64,000 bases of DNA from Arenicellales bacterium (GTDB lineage: Bacteria; Pseudomonadota; Gammaproteobacteria; Arenicellales; JAHEKD01): NCBI GenBank assembly GCA_028284225.1, contig JANQSD010000004.1:14869-78868 (forward strand). The letters run 5' to 3'. The number at the start of each line of letters is the position of its first letter. The first letter of the stretch is position 1. Shown piece by piece: positions 41,068-53,930 of this stretch. The notes beneath the pieces were generated by a model. The model was not told where the DNA came from. It searched no databases and worked only from the letters and a program-made list of their open reading frames with translations. Position numbers and translations under genes: made by a program.

Positions 41068-41568
41068 ATGATTAACGAATTAAAAAACTGGATAGTGAAT
41101 CAACCACCCGTTATTTGGTTGCTAGCTGGATTGACTATCTTGCTTATATTTATTCTGCTTATTCGTTTTAAACATCGGTATCACTATAGTAAGAAAAACC
41201 ACTTGGCAAGCCGCAGTGAACAAAAATTATACAAAAACCTTTTGCTGCTATTACCAACTGATTACATGCTTCATTGCCAAGTCTCACTAATATCTTTACT
41301 AAAACCTGCCGATCTTAAATCAGCACGTATGGTTTGGGCCAAACGCATGGATTATGTGATCACAGATAAGAACACTAAGATTATACTTGTTATCGAACTT
41401 GATGATAAATCTCATCAACGAAAGGACAGAATTAAGCGCGATAAATTTGTTAATAAGGCCTTGGCCGGGAAACATACATTACTGAGATTAACTCCTGAGC
41501 AGGCTCAGGACATAAATCTGCTCAGGCAAAAACTACAATCTGCTATTAACAATAGCCTGGCGGATTAG
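41068..41568 (+). CDS. DUF2726 family membrane protein
   Basis: N-terminal TM; DYVITD..IELDDKSH..RD motif. Confidence 0.8.
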   Translation: MINELKNWIVNQPPVIWLLAGLTILLIFILLIRFKHRYHYSKKNHLASRSEQKLYKNLLLLLPTDYMLHCQVSLISLLKPADLKSARMVWAKRMDYVITDKNTKIILVIELDDKSHQRKDRIKRDKFVNKALAGKHTLLRLTPEQAQDINLLRQKLQSAINNSLAD

Positions 41569-41629
41569 CTTTCATCTGCCAAAATGCATTTTCCCAGTAA
41601 TTGATTCAAACAACCAACCTGCATATAAG

Positions 41630-43806
<2,177 letters not shown>

Positions 43807-44991
43807 TCAAGCAAAGAGTTTCTGTGCCAGCTCACTACCGGTTACCACACCGGCAGCATTCAGTTTATCCTTATGCGCTGTTATGTCACTACAGATTGCA
43901 ATATAGTTATCTTCGTCAAGCAATTCACGCCGATTAGTCGTTAGAACACCATTAAGTTGATCTGCAATGTATTTGCAACTTGTACACATTTCGCGAAAAC
44001 CTGAAACGGGGTCTTTCAGTAAAGCCGGCACCATGAAAGCACATAATCCAGTGGTAGAAAATTTATCCAGCAGTTCCAAACTAAAACTACCCGGCTTATA
44101 CATGTTAGCCAGACTATAAACTTTGTCACCCTGGTTTGTTTCCGTGCTTGAAACCAAATGGAAAAAATCAAACTCACCAAGTTCCAATCCAGCGGCTGTG
44201 GCTGCTGCTTTTAATGCTTCACCAGAAAAAGCATCATCAGGCTGGGCCAAAATGTACAGGATTGTAATTTGATCGTGATCCTTAATAAACTCGCTCAACT
44301 TAACACAAACATCAGCTACCTGTTTTGCATCATCTAAAGCAAATTTGTATTCACAAGCAAATTGGTTAGCCAGCTTTTCAACAAATTGCTGGTATTGTTC
44401 AAGCTGCTTTTCATCGACAACACCTTTGTTATCTTTTAGTTGCAAAACCGTCTTAAGATGACGGACTTTGGTTTTATCTTTCAAAGAAAAAATCGGAACA
44501 AATTCCTGTCGATTTTTTACAGCAGCAAATACTTCAATTTCTCTATCGGAATCACGCATCAGATGCAATGTAACTTTATTAATCTGTTTTACTGTATTGT
44601 TAACATTAGGTATAACCGCAACATGCTCAGTAATAAAATCATTGTCGTCATACTCAGGCAGCATTTGCTCTGCCAGTTGTTGAGCGATTCGTTTGTTATC
44701 CATTAACTCCTGCAACGACGTTGTCAGGGTCGGCGACTGCGATTCTTCCTGCGGTTGATCTTCTGCCGGCTGCAAAACTGCTGAAGATTCGGCCGGGATA
44801 TCAGAAACAATGTTCTCGGTAAAAAAAGGAGTATTTACTTGCTGCTCAAGCTCTGAACTGTCATCCATTTCTGCGACCAAATCATTCGGGCGCTTTTTAA
44901 TACCGCTACGTCTATACTTTTGGTGGCATATCAGACCAATTAAGCCAAGAATAATCAGGCTTACTAATAGTAATGCCAGTCTTAGGGTCAT
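43807..44991 (-). CDS. zipA: Cell division protein ZipA-like
   Basis: N-terminal TM anchor, C-terminal FtsZ-binding-type domain (FFH..YSLANM..PGSF); smc-zipA-ligA synteny. Confidence 0.8.
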   Translation of the reverse strand: MTLRLALLLVSLIILGLIGLICHQKYRRSGIKKRPNDLVAEMDDSSELEQQVNTPFFTENIVSDIPAESSAVLQPAEDQPQEESQSPTLTTSLQELMDNKRIAQQLAEQMLPEYDDNDFITEHVAVIPNVNNTVKQINKVTLHLMRDSDREIEVFAAVKNRQEFVPIFSLKDKTKVRHLKTVLQLKDNKGVVDEKQLEQYQQFVEKLANQFACEYKFALDDAKQVADVCVKLSEFIKDHDQITILYILAQPDDAFSGEALKAAATAAGLELGEFDFFHLVSSTETNQGDKVYSLANMYKPGSFSLELLDKFSTTGLCAFMVPALLKDPVSGFREMCTSCKYIADQLNGVLTTNRRELLDEDNYIAICSDITAHKDKLNAAGVVTGSELAQKLFA

Positions 44992-47900
44992 CCCTGTTCT
45001 GCTAACTCCAGCGCTTTTTCGACATCCACTGCAACCAGACGCGACACTCCTGGCTCCTGCATGGTAACGCCGATTAACAGATCAGCAAATTCCATGGTAA
45101 TTTTATTATGTGTAATAAACATTAACTGCGTATGTTCGGCCATTTGTACCAATGTTCTGCAATATCGTTCTACATTAGCATCATCCAGCGGTGCGTCAAC
45201 CTCATCGAGGATACAAAAAGGCGATGGATTGAGTTGAAACAACGAAAATAATAGGGAAACAGCGGTCAACGCTTTTTCACCACCAGAAAGCAAATGAATG
45301 GTGCTATTACGCTTACCTGGAGGACGCGCCATGACCGCTACGCCTGTTGATAACAGATCATCATCAGTTAATTCCAGTGAAGCTGAGCCGCCGCCAAACA
45401 GTTTTGGGAAATATTCTTTAAAGCCTGCATTCAGACTATCGAAAGTCTGTCTGAAACGTTGTTTAGTTTCGCGGTCAATTTTATTCATGACCGTCTCTAG
45501 GGTTTGCAGAGCCTTAGTCAAATCATCATGCTGCTTATCAAGATAAACTTTGCGCTCCTGCTGTTCTTCATATTCTTCAATCGCTAATAGATTTACTGTT
45601 CCCAGGCGATTGATTTTTGCTTCTAGTTGTTCGAGGTTTTGTTGATAAATTTCAAAACTGGCCTGCTCTGGAATTTTTCTGATAATAGTTTCAATCTCAA
45701 CTTCGAGCTCTTCAAGTTGCTCCTTTACACCGCTTTGTTTGATCACGATTTCTTGTTTATCCAATCTGGAAGATTCCAGTTGGTTGCGCATCTGCATAGC
45801 CGCTTGTTCATTTGATTGCCGATATCTGTCCTGTTCACTGATTTTGCTATCAAACTCCGCAACATGGTTACGGGCTTGTTGCAATTGCTGCTCTAGGGCT
45901 TGCTGAGACTCAAGCAATGTTTGCAGTTTTTGCTGGCTCTGGGCTTGTTGCTCTTGGGGCTGATTGAATCGCTGCGATAATTCAACCTGTCGTTGCACCA
46001 GTAGATCCAGCTGTTGCTGGGTCCGGGAAAGCGTCTCCTGAATTGACTCAAGTGCTGTCGACATTTTTTCCAGGCGGATGTTATCGTTGTCCAGCAAATC
46101 CCTGACTTGTTCAACTTCAGCCCTGGTCTTGTCGAACTCTTTTCTAAGTTGATCACGCTTTTGCTCGAAATCTTCCTTACTTTGCTCATTTGAAACAACG
46201 CTATGCTCAGTCAATTGTAACGATGCCACATTGCTATCCAGAGATTCAGCAACATTTTTCAAATCATCGCTAACTTGTATTGCTTCCTGCTGCAATTGTA
46301 TTTTTTTATTTTCAAGTTCGCGCAGTTTTTCCTCTTGTTGGCCTAATTGTTTATGCAAGGCTGTGCGTTCAGTATTGGACTTTGTAAGTTGTTGTGCATA
46401 ATCCGCTCTTGAATTCTCAAGCTGATTAAGTTCGGACCTGATTGCGGTACGCTGCTGCTCTTGCGTAGCAATTGCAGTGCGCAATGCACTCATCTTTTCA
46501 CTCAGCTTGCTAACCTCAACTTCACGCTCAATCAGACCTGATTCAACATCCTGTTGCCTGGCAATAGTCATCCAGTTAGGTCCGATTCGAGTACCATCCT
46601 GAGTAATGAAATATTGACTCTCGGTCAAACTTGATCGCTGTTGCATAGCCTCGGAGACCGAATCCGCGACCAACACATTACCAAGCAAGCTCGTTAAATC
46701 AATATCACTTTGCAACTTGTCTAATAAACCAGTTACAGCTGCTGTGGATGTGTTGACGGATGAGCTTGAGTTTTCAACAAAACTCAACTCCACATGTTGC
46801 ATCGGTTCAACATCATTGATCAAAGGCGCCAGTGTTGATACACAAACTGAAGCAGACTGTTTGCTTAAGGCGACATCAACTGCTTTCTCCCAACCCGATT
46901 CGACTGTTAGCATACTGGATAGTCTTGGCCTATCGGCCAGCTGATTAGAAACTAACCAGTTATTAAATTGTTCATCATTTTGACCTAATGCTGCCTTTTG
47001 CAGTTCTTTCAAGGACTCAAGCTTGCCGCCTATTTCCAAAGACTGGTTAGTAGCCGACTTAAGATTATCATCAATAACTTTAATTTTATCTCTTAATTCA
47101 TTGATATCATTCGTTGTTTTATCAATTTTCAATTCTATCTGCTGACATTGCTGATCTTGTTCAGCTGCCGCTTGACGCAATCCTGTCGGTGATGCCTGAT
47201 TAATTTCAGCTTCGACTATCTGGGTTTGTTTATCAATATGCTCTTGTCTATTCACTAATTCCTGCTGCCGGGAACTCAAGTGGTCAATATTAGCTTTTAA
47301 AACCTCACGATCTTGAACAGATTGATTGGATTGAGATTGAAATTGCTCCCAATCTTGTTGCCATTGCTGTAAAGCTGATTCTTTTTGATTTAATTCTTGC
47401 TGTAGTCGATTTTGATCATTACGCAACCGCTCAACCTGGGGAGATAGTCTGTCATGTCCCTCAAGCAACTGGTTTTGTTGGTGTTGATCCTGTGTTAAAC
47501 GTTGCTTAGCCTGAGTGATTTCATCTTCGATCCGTTCTAATTCCAGCTGTTGATTTTGCCGTGTTTCTTTATCATGTTGGATTTTTTGCTCAATCGCAGT
47601 AATATCAGCGCCAACACTATAGAACTCGCCCTGAGTTTGATTGAGAGATTCTTGTGCTTGTGCTAAATCGCTACGCAGAGACTCAATTTTACGCTCAGCT
47701 TCGCGCTGCTGCGCCACATGAGATTCCAGCTCTTTTTCCTTACGACTGACTTCTACATCAAAATTTGCCAGCCTATCATGATATTGTTGCCATTTTAGTG
47801 CCAATGTCTGGGCTTTTAGCTCACGCTGCTCATTTTTAAGCTCTTTATACTTTTGAGCCTGCTTCGATTGTCGGTCAAGCCTTCTCAACTGGGTTTCTAA

Positions 47901-48500
47901 CTCTCTTGAAATATCTTCCACCCGGTCAAGATTTTCACGCGTACGGCGAATTCGGTTCTCAGTTTCGCGGCGCTTTTCTTTATACTTCGAAATGCCTGCG
48001 GCCTCTTCTACAAAAGCCCGCAAATCCTCCGGCCTGGCCTCAACTATGCGGCTAACCATACCCTGTTCGATAATAGAGTAAGAACGTGGTCCTAAACCTG
48101 TACCAAGAAAAATTTCTGTAATATCCTTGCGTCGGCAGCGCACATTGTTTAAGAAATACTCAGACTGGCCATCCCGGCTTAACGAGCGCTTTACTGAAAT
48201 TTCAGCATATTGACTGTAGGCACCTGGTGCCTTGCCGGCCGAGTTATCAAAAATAAGTTCTACTGTTGCCTTGCCTACCGGTTGCCGTGTACTGGAGCCA
48301 TTAAAAATAACATCAGCCATATTGTCCCCTCTTAAGGTCTTGGCCGATGATTCCCCCATAACCCAACGCACAGCATCAATAACATTCGATTTACCACACC
48401 CATTAGGACCGACAATACCAATAATATTGGCCGGCAGTTTAAAGATTGTTGGGTCTACGAATGACTTGAAGCCGGAAAAGTGGATTGATTTTAGCTGCAT
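44988..48500 (-). CDS. smc: Chromosome segregation ATPase SMC
   Basis: GPNGCGKSN, coiled coils, LSGGE and LDEVDAPLD motifs. Confidence 0.97.
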   Translation of the reverse strand: MQLKSIHFSGFKSFVDPTIFKLPANIIGIVGPNGCGKSNVIDAVRWVMGESSAKTLRGDNMADVIFNGSSTRQPVGKATVELIFDNSAGKAPGAYSQYAEISVKRSLSRDGQSEYFLNNVRCRRKDITEIFLGTGLGPRSYSIIEQGMVSRIVEARPEDLRAFVEEAAGISKYKEKRRETENRIRRTRENLDRVEDISRELETQLRRLDRQSKQAQKYKELKNEQRELKAQTLALKWQQYHDRLANFDVEVSRKEKELESHVAQQREAERKIESLRSDLAQAQESLNQTQGEFYSVGADITAIEQKIQHDKETRQNQQLELERIEDEITQAKQRLTQDQHQQNQLLEGHDRLSPQVERLRNDQNRLQQELNQKESALQQWQQDWEQFQSQSNQSVQDREVLKANIDHLSSRQQELVNRQEHIDKQTQIVEAEINQASPTGLRQAAAEQDQQCQQIELKIDKTTNDINELRDKIKVIDDNLKSATNQSLEIGGKLESLKELQKAALGQNDEQFNNWLVSNQLADRPRLSSMLTVESGWEKAVDVALSKQSASVCVSTLAPLINDVEPMQHVELSFVENSSSSVNTSTAAVTGLLDKLQSDIDLTSLLGNVLVADSVSEAMQQRSSLTESQYFITQDGTRIGPNWMTIARQQDVESGLIEREVEVSKLSEKMSALRTAIATQEQQRTAIRSELNQLENSRADYAQQLTKSNTERTALHKQLGQQEEKLRELENKKIQLQQEAIQVSDDLKNVAESLDSNVASLQLTEHSVVSNEQSKEDFEQKRDQLRKEFDKTRAEVEQVRDLLDNDNIRLEKMSTALESIQETLSRTQQQLDLLVQRQVELSQRFNQPQEQQAQSQQKLQTLLESQQALEQQLQQARNHVAEFDSKISEQDRYRQSNEQAAMQMRNQLESSRLDKQEIVIKQSGVKEQLEELEVEIETIIRKIPEQASFEIYQQNLEQLEAKINRLGTVNLLAIEEYEEQQERKVYLDKQHDDLTKALQTLETVMNKIDRETKQRFRQTFDSLNAGFKEYFPKLFGGGSASLELTDDDLLSTGVAVMARPPGKRNSTIHLLSGGEKALTAVSLLFSLFQLNPSPFCILDEVDAPLDDANVERYCRTLVQMAEHTQLMFITHNKITMEFADLLIGVTMQEPGVSRLVAVDVEKALELAEQG

Positions 48501-48764
48501 CCGTTTTGTGCTATAGGACAGTCATTTTGATTTAGTTATCCGGATTATAAATGATTAACCGTGCTGGTCTAGCTGTTTTCACTATTTCAGGAATATTAAC
48601 CACAGTGCTGCTGGCCGGTTCTGACAGAATAAAAAGTTGTTTAATGGAATTATTTGATTGCGAAATGCACAGTAATTTGATATACAGTCGCGTTCGGTAA
48701 AGTTTAGCCGGTCTGATGGAGTCCAAAAACCGGCAACACCACCGCTTCAACCGTGGAGTTAATT

Positions 48765-49211
48765 ATGGCAACAAAGAGTAAAGCTAAAAAGGCAGATGAC
48801 TTGATCTTCGGCATCAAGCCGTACAAAGCGACCAAAAGAGAAAAATACATGAATCCGAAGCAGGTTGAACATTTTCGTTCAATTCTGAATGCCTGGCGTG
48901 ATAGCTTGATCAATGAATTAAATCGTACCGTTCACCATATTCAGGATGAAACTGAAAATCATGCCGACCCAAATGACAGGGCCTCACAAGAGACTGATTT
49001 TACTTTAGAATTGCGAAGTCGAGATCGTGAGCGTAAACTCTTGAAGAAAATTGATGGCTCTTTGGCTTTATTGGATAAAAATGAATACGGATATTGTGAA
49101 TCTTGTGGTGAAGAGATCGGCTTACAACGACTTGAAGCTCGCCCGACTGCAGATTTATGTATCGACTGTAAATCCTTGGCTGAAATCAGAGAGAAAAAGA
49201 TTCAAACGTAA
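48765..49211 (+). CDS. dksA: RNA polymerase-binding transcription factor DksA
   Basis: DPNDRA..E and CESC..CIDC zinc finger; ATG 48765 after GGAG. Confidence 0.95.
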   Translation: MATKSKAKKADDLIFGIKPYKATKREKYMNPKQVEHFRSILNAWRDSLINELNRTVHHIQDETENHADPNDRASQETDFTLELRSRDRERKLLKKIDGSLALLDKNEYGYCESCGEEIGLQRLEARPTADLCIDCKSLAEIREKKIQT

Positions 49212-49229
49212 TAACAGATAGTCATACCT

Positions 49230-50561
49230 ATGTATTCGCTCAAGATCATCAACGCCCGAATAGCTCAAGCCGACGGCACTATTCAGGAGGGTGATCTGGC
49301 GATAGACAATCTTGGCACAATCGAAAGGATCGATACCAAAATTGATGGGCCAGCAAGACAAACACTGGATGCAAACGGTTTATTACTGCTACCCGGGGTT
49401 ATTGATCCTCAGGTTCATTTTCGCGACCCGGGTGCGACCCATAAAGAAGATTTAGCATCAGGCTCGAAATCTGCAGTATGCGGTGGTGTAACCAGTTTTC
49501 TGGAGATGCCGAATACTAACCCTACAACGACTACACATAAGGCATTAGAGGATAAGCTTGCAGTTGCAGCTAAAAAGTGTGTAGCTAATTACGGTTTTTT
49601 TATTGGCGCCACTGATGACAACTTAGACGTCATCAACACTGCTGAACCCGTTTGCGGCATTAAAATTTTTATGGGCTCAAGCACCGGTAATCTGCTGGTC
49701 AATAAACCTGAAGTACTCGATAAAATTTTTGCCAATGGACGGCGTTTAATTGCTGTGCATGCAGAAGATGAAGCTCGCATTAAAGAGCGATTTGAACACT
49801 ATTCCAGCCAATACCCGGATGGACTACCGGTAGAGATGCATTCTGTAATCCGCGACGACGAGTGCGCGTTAATTGCCACTGAAATGGCACTGGAACTGGC
49901 CGAAAAATATCAACGACGGTTCCATATATTGCACTTATCCACTGCTAAAGAAGTACAGCGGTTACGGCATGACAAACCTGATTGTGTCACAGCCGAAGCA
50001 ATTCCAAACCATTTATTCCTGAATACCAGTCAATACAAGACCTGGGGCACACGAGTGCAGATGAACCCACCTATCCGCAACCAGGAAAACTGTGATGCAG
50101 TCTGGCAAGGGCTTAAAGATGGAATAATTGATTTTATTGCGACTGATCATGCACCGCATTTGCTGCAAGAAAAAATGCAAGATTATCCCAGCTCACCATC
50201 CGGCATTCCGGGAGTGGCGACATCGCTGCCGCTAATGCTGACTCAGATGAAAGCGGGTCGATGTGATTTAGCAGAAATTCAAAAGTGGATGAGTTTTGGC
50301 GTTGCCAAAGCTTATGGCATCCCGCGAAAAGGTAAAGTAGAGGAGGGCTGGGATGCAGATTTAGTATTAGTCGATATAGATAATGCTAAATCTGTAGACC
50401 CAGACATTCTCTATTCAAAAACCGGCTGGACGCCGTATGAGGGTCAACAGTTGTATGGCTGGCCACAATATACAATCGTTAATGGCAATATAGTTTTTGA
50501 AAAAGGAGTAATCAAGGAAGGCGTGTTCGGCAAGCCTTTGTCATTTAATCATCCAGAATAA
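49230..50561 (+). CDS. pyrC: Dihydroorotase (amidohydrolase family)
   Basis: VHFRDPG, EMPNT, MNPPIR and ATDHAPH motifs. Confidence 0.8.
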   Translation: MYSLKIINARIAQADGTIQEGDLAIDNLGTIERIDTKIDGPARQTLDANGLLLLPGVIDPQVHFRDPGATHKEDLASGSKSAVCGGVTSFLEMPNTNPTTTTHKALEDKLAVAAKKCVANYGFFIGATDDNLDVINTAEPVCGIKIFMGSSTGNLLVNKPEVLDKIFANGRRLIAVHAEDEARIKERFEHYSSQYPDGLPVEMHSVIRDDECALIATEMALELAEKYQRRFHILHLSTAKEVQRLRHDKPDCVTAEAIPNHLFLNTSQYKTWGTRVQMNPPIRNQENCDAVWQGLKDGIIDFIATDHAPHLLQEKMQDYPSSPSGIPGVATSLPLMLTQMKAGRCDLAEIQKWMSFGVAKAYGIPRKGKVEEGWDADLVLVDIDNAKSVDPDILYSKTGWTPYEGQQLYGWPQYTIVNGNIVFEKGVIKEGVFGKPLSFNHPE

Positions 50562-50574
50562 TTCTAATGGGTAA

Positions 50575-50691
50575 TAGCCTGGAAAAACGCCCTGAACTGC
50601 GTTCTACCGTCAAGCGGCATCGAGACTCGTCGTTCATTTGGAATGACCAAACCACACTCCTCGTGCCTTGTCAGGCCATTTTTCCAGACTA
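50575..50691. repeat. MITE-like element with 13-bp terminal inverted repeats
   Basis: TAGCCTGGAAAAA ... TTTTTCCAGACTA (12/13 match), TA at both ends. Confidence 0.6.
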
Positions 50692-50709
50692 ACGAGACGG
50701 TTTTAGAAA

Positions 50710-51684
50710 TTGGCAACAGACCCTAAGCCATTCAAACCGGCTTTTTGGCTGAAAAACCCCCACTTGCAAACATTTTGGCCTTATCTATTTCGATTTAGAC
50801 CCAAACCAAACTATCAGCGTGAGCGTGTTGTATTACCAGATAACGATTTTATAGACCTGGACTGGTTAAAACAGCCCAGCTCCGTTAAGCCAAAAGCCAT
50901 TGTTTTACTCATACATGGGTTACAGGGATGTTCACAGTCTCACTACATACGTGGATTCGCTTGTAGACTGTACCAAGCTGATTACCATGTCGTCGCTGTT
51001 AACTTACGCGGGCGCAGCGGCGAAATGAATCGCCAACCCATTTTTTATCATGCCGGATATAGCCCGGACCTGGACTTTTTAATTAGAAAAATCAACACCG
51101 ATTTTCCATGCTTAAACTTAAATGCTATAGCGGTTTCACTTGGCGGTAGCATGTTATTAAATTGGTTAGCAGACACCAATGATGCAACACAATTAATCAA
51201 CAGTGCAGCAGTAATTTCAGTCCCCTATTTACTCGCCAGCTGCGCTAAAAGAATGGAAACCGGCATATCCAGAATATATCAATTTCATTTAGTTTCCAGC
51301 TTGAAAAAAGCAACCAGAGAAAAATTAACTCAAATGGAGCTGCCGAATATTTTACCCTCCTGGCCGCAAAGCAAAACCTTTTTCGAATTTGATGATGCTG
51401 TAACATCGCGATTACATGGCTTTGACAACGTGAGTGATTATTATCAAAAAGCCAGTATCAAACATAGGCTGACCAATATATCTAATCCACTGCTACTTAT
51501 TCAAGCCAAGGATGACCCCTTTATGTCAGATAACGTGATTCCCAATCCAAACCATCTTAACAGCAATACTCTGCTCGAAGTCTATGAACATGGTGGACAT
51601 GTTGGTTTTGTCAGCGCTAATGGATTAAAACCCTATTACTGGCTTGATCAGCGTTTAATCAATTTTTTCGAGCGGACCGATTGA
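50710..51684 (+). CDS. YheT-like alpha/beta hydrolase
   Basis: NPHLQT, HGLQG, SLGG, DDPF and GGHVGF motifs. Confidence 0.88.
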   Translation: MATDPKPFKPAFWLKNPHLQTFWPYLFRFRPKPNYQRERVVLPDNDFIDLDWLKQPSSVKPKAIVLLIHGLQGCSQSHYIRGFACRLYQADYHVVAVNLRGRSGEMNRQPIFYHAGYSPDLDFLIRKINTDFPCLNLNAIAVSLGGSMLLNWLADTNDATQLINSAAVISVPYLLASCAKRMETGISRIYQFHLVSSLKKATREKLTQMELPNILPSWPQSKTFFEFDDAVTSRLHGFDNVSDYYQKASIKHRLTNISNPLLLIQAKDDPFMSDNVIPNPNHLNSNTLLEVYEHGGHVGFVSANGLKPYYWLDQRLINFFERTD

Positions 51685-51685
51685 A

Positions 51686-52627
51686 ATGGAAATCCTGAAT
51701 TTATCCTTGCCTTTATTTATATTAATTTTTATCGGTTTTATCTGCGCCAAAATTAAGCCCTTAAATGAGTCTGCTCTTGGCTGGATGAACTTTTTTATTA
51801 TCTATGTGGCATTGCCTGCTCTATTTTTTCAGCTCATACGCAAAACACCTATTCAAGAGCTGGTCAATTATAAATTTATTCTGGCAACCACCGGTGCGAC
51901 TGTTAGTATTTTTATCGCCTGCTACCTGATTGGCAAGTTAATGTTTAAACGACCTGCATCCGTGGCAACGATTCAAGCGGTTGCAGCAAGCTATGCCAAT
52001 ATCGGTTATATAGGTCCGGCTATTACTTTGTCGGCATTAGGACAGGCTGCATTGATCCCTACAGCTATCATTTTTTGTTTTGACAATGCATTCTTATTCA
52101 CTGTGGTGCCGCTACTCATGGCGATGTCGTCCAGGCAAAGCGGTTCATTACTAAAAGTATTTTTATCAGCACTCAAGCAAGTCATTACTCACCCTTTTAT
52201 TATGGCAACAATCGCTGGTGTTTGTGCCGCTGTGGTTGAACTAAAAGTACCAGAGACAATTGAAAATATACTCATCATGCTTAGTAATGCAGCCGCACCT
52301 GCCGCCTTATTTGCCATGGGTGTGGCGATTGCAAACCGTAAAGCGGCAATTGAAAGCATGGAAATCCCCATATTAGTCATGATCAAGTTAATCATACATC
52401 CTCTGTGTGCATATGCTTTGCTGATAATGCTGGGGCCATTCGAACAATCCTGGGTTTACACAGCTATTTTGATGGCATGCCTGCCACCGGCACTAAACGT
52501 TTATGTAATGGCAACTGATTACAATGTCTATACTCGCGAAGCTTCCTCGATAGTGCTATTGGGCACAATATTGGCGGTTGCAACAGTTACTTATGTTTTG
52601 TATTTAATTAAGGAACAAATAATTTAG
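51686..52627 (+). CDS. AEC family transporter
   Basis: Multi-TM protein with YVALPALFF, NIGYIG and KLIIHP motifs. Confidence 0.88.
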   Translation: MEILNLSLPLFILIFIGFICAKIKPLNESALGWMNFFIIYVALPALFFQLIRKTPIQELVNYKFILATTGATVSIFIACYLIGKLMFKRPASVATIQAVAASYANIGYIGPAITLSALGQAALIPTAIIFCFDNAFLFTVVPLLMAMSSRQSGSLLKVFLSALKQVITHPFIMATIAGVCAAVVELKVPETIENILIMLSNAAAPAALFAMGVAIANRKAAIESMEIPILVMIKLIIHPLCAYALLIMLGPFEQSWVYTAILMACLPPALNVYVMATDYNVYTREASSIVLLGTILAVATVTYVLYLIKEQII

Positions 52628-52718
52628 TGGGATCTCAGTCTAACTCACACTTGAAAATACATCGCCTTGCCGCTCATTGTTGCTGCGTGCTTTCTGCCTT
52701 GATAACGTTATATTGGTG

Positions 52719-53840
52719 TTAGCGAATCGTTTGCAACCTGTCGTGATTATCCAGTTTGGTTAGCAACAACTGCCAAACTTGCATTCGACCGGTTCTAAAG
52801 CCTGCGGCACTTACAAGTAAATAATATTCCCACATTCGATAAAAAACATCATCGTACTTATACTTAATCTGCTGCCAATTATTAACAAAATTATGGTACC
52901 AGGCCATTAAAGTTTTATCATAATCAGGGCCAAAACTATGGAGATCCTTGATCGATAAAATTTTCTCACTGGCACAAGTTAATTGAGCCAAAGATGGCAA
53001 CATTGAGTTAGGAAAGATGTACTTGTCTATCCAGGGATCGGTATGCTGTTCAGAAAAATTGTTACCAATTGTGTGCAATAAGAACAAACCGCCTGGTTTG
53101 AGACAACGTTCTACTACACGCATGAATTTTTGATAGTTCTTGTAACCCACATGCTCAACCATACCTACCGACGCTATTGCATCAAATTGGTCAACAGTCA
53201 ACTCACGATAGTCTTGTAGATTGATCTCAACAGGCAAATGCTGGCAACGCTGGCGGGCTAATATGGCCTGTTGCTCGGAGATGGTTATTCCTACGGCACT
53301 GACAGAATATTTCTCTGCGGCATATTTCACTAAACCACCCCAGCCACAGCCTATGTCAAGCAACTTCATACCTGCTTTAAGCCTGAGTTTTCGGCAAATA
53401 AGGTCAAGCTTTTTTTCCTGAGCCTGTTCCAATGTTTGCGCCTGATGCCAGTAACCGCAGCTATAGACCATTTTCGAATCAAGCATTAATTGATACAGCT
53501 CATTATCGATATCATAATGCTTTTGACCCACTGCAAATGCTCGGTTACGATTTTGTCGATTAAACAACCAGGATTTAACAGCAAGTAATTTTAGCGCCCA
53601 GGATGAGCTGATTTTTTCTTCAACATTTGACTTAAACAAACGTTCAAAAAATTCATCAAGCTTGTTGACTGTCCAGAGTTTTTGCATGTAGGTTTCACCT
53701 AGTGCCAGGCTCCCACCTGAAACAACCCTTGAATAAAAACCTTTATCCAATACCTGGATATCCCAGGGCCTAGAACCGTTAATGGTAATCCCTGCTTGTT
53801 GCGCCAAGTTTTTTACAAAAGATTCAGCAGTATTATTCAT
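52719..53840 (-). CDS. cfa: Cyclopropane fatty acyl phospholipid synthase
   Basis: HYDIDN, YSCGYW, LDIGCGWG, WIDKYIFP and RMWEYYL motifs. Confidence 0.92.
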   Translation of the reverse strand: MNNTAESFVKNLAQQAGITINGSRPWDIQVLDKGFYSRVVSGGSLALGETYMQKLWTVNKLDEFFERLFKSNVEEKISSSWALKLLAVKSWLFNRQNRNRAFAVGQKHYDIDNELYQLMLDSKMVYSCGYWHQAQTLEQAQEKKLDLICRKLRLKAGMKLLDIGCGWGGLVKYAAEKYSVSAVGITISEQQAILARQRCQHLPVEINLQDYRELTVDQFDAIASVGMVEHVGYKNYQKFMRVVERCLKPGGLFLLHTIGNNFSEQHTDPWIDKYIFPNSMLPSLAQLTCASEKILSIKDLHSFGPDYDKTLMAWYHNFVNNWQQIKYKYDDVFYRMWEYYLLVSAAGFRTGRMQVWQLLLTKLDNHDRLQTIR

Positions 53841-53930
53841 CTATTTAAACAAGCTAAACTAATCTTATTTAAATATCAATGACTTAAGTCAAGTATACAT
53901 TATAGCAATAGCACCTATCTAAATGACTCT

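Noticed and set aside
52629-52721. Possible further MITE between the AEC transporter and cfa (also 32920-33030 and 27640-27710)
   Set aside because: Only short, weak inverted matches; too degenerate to support
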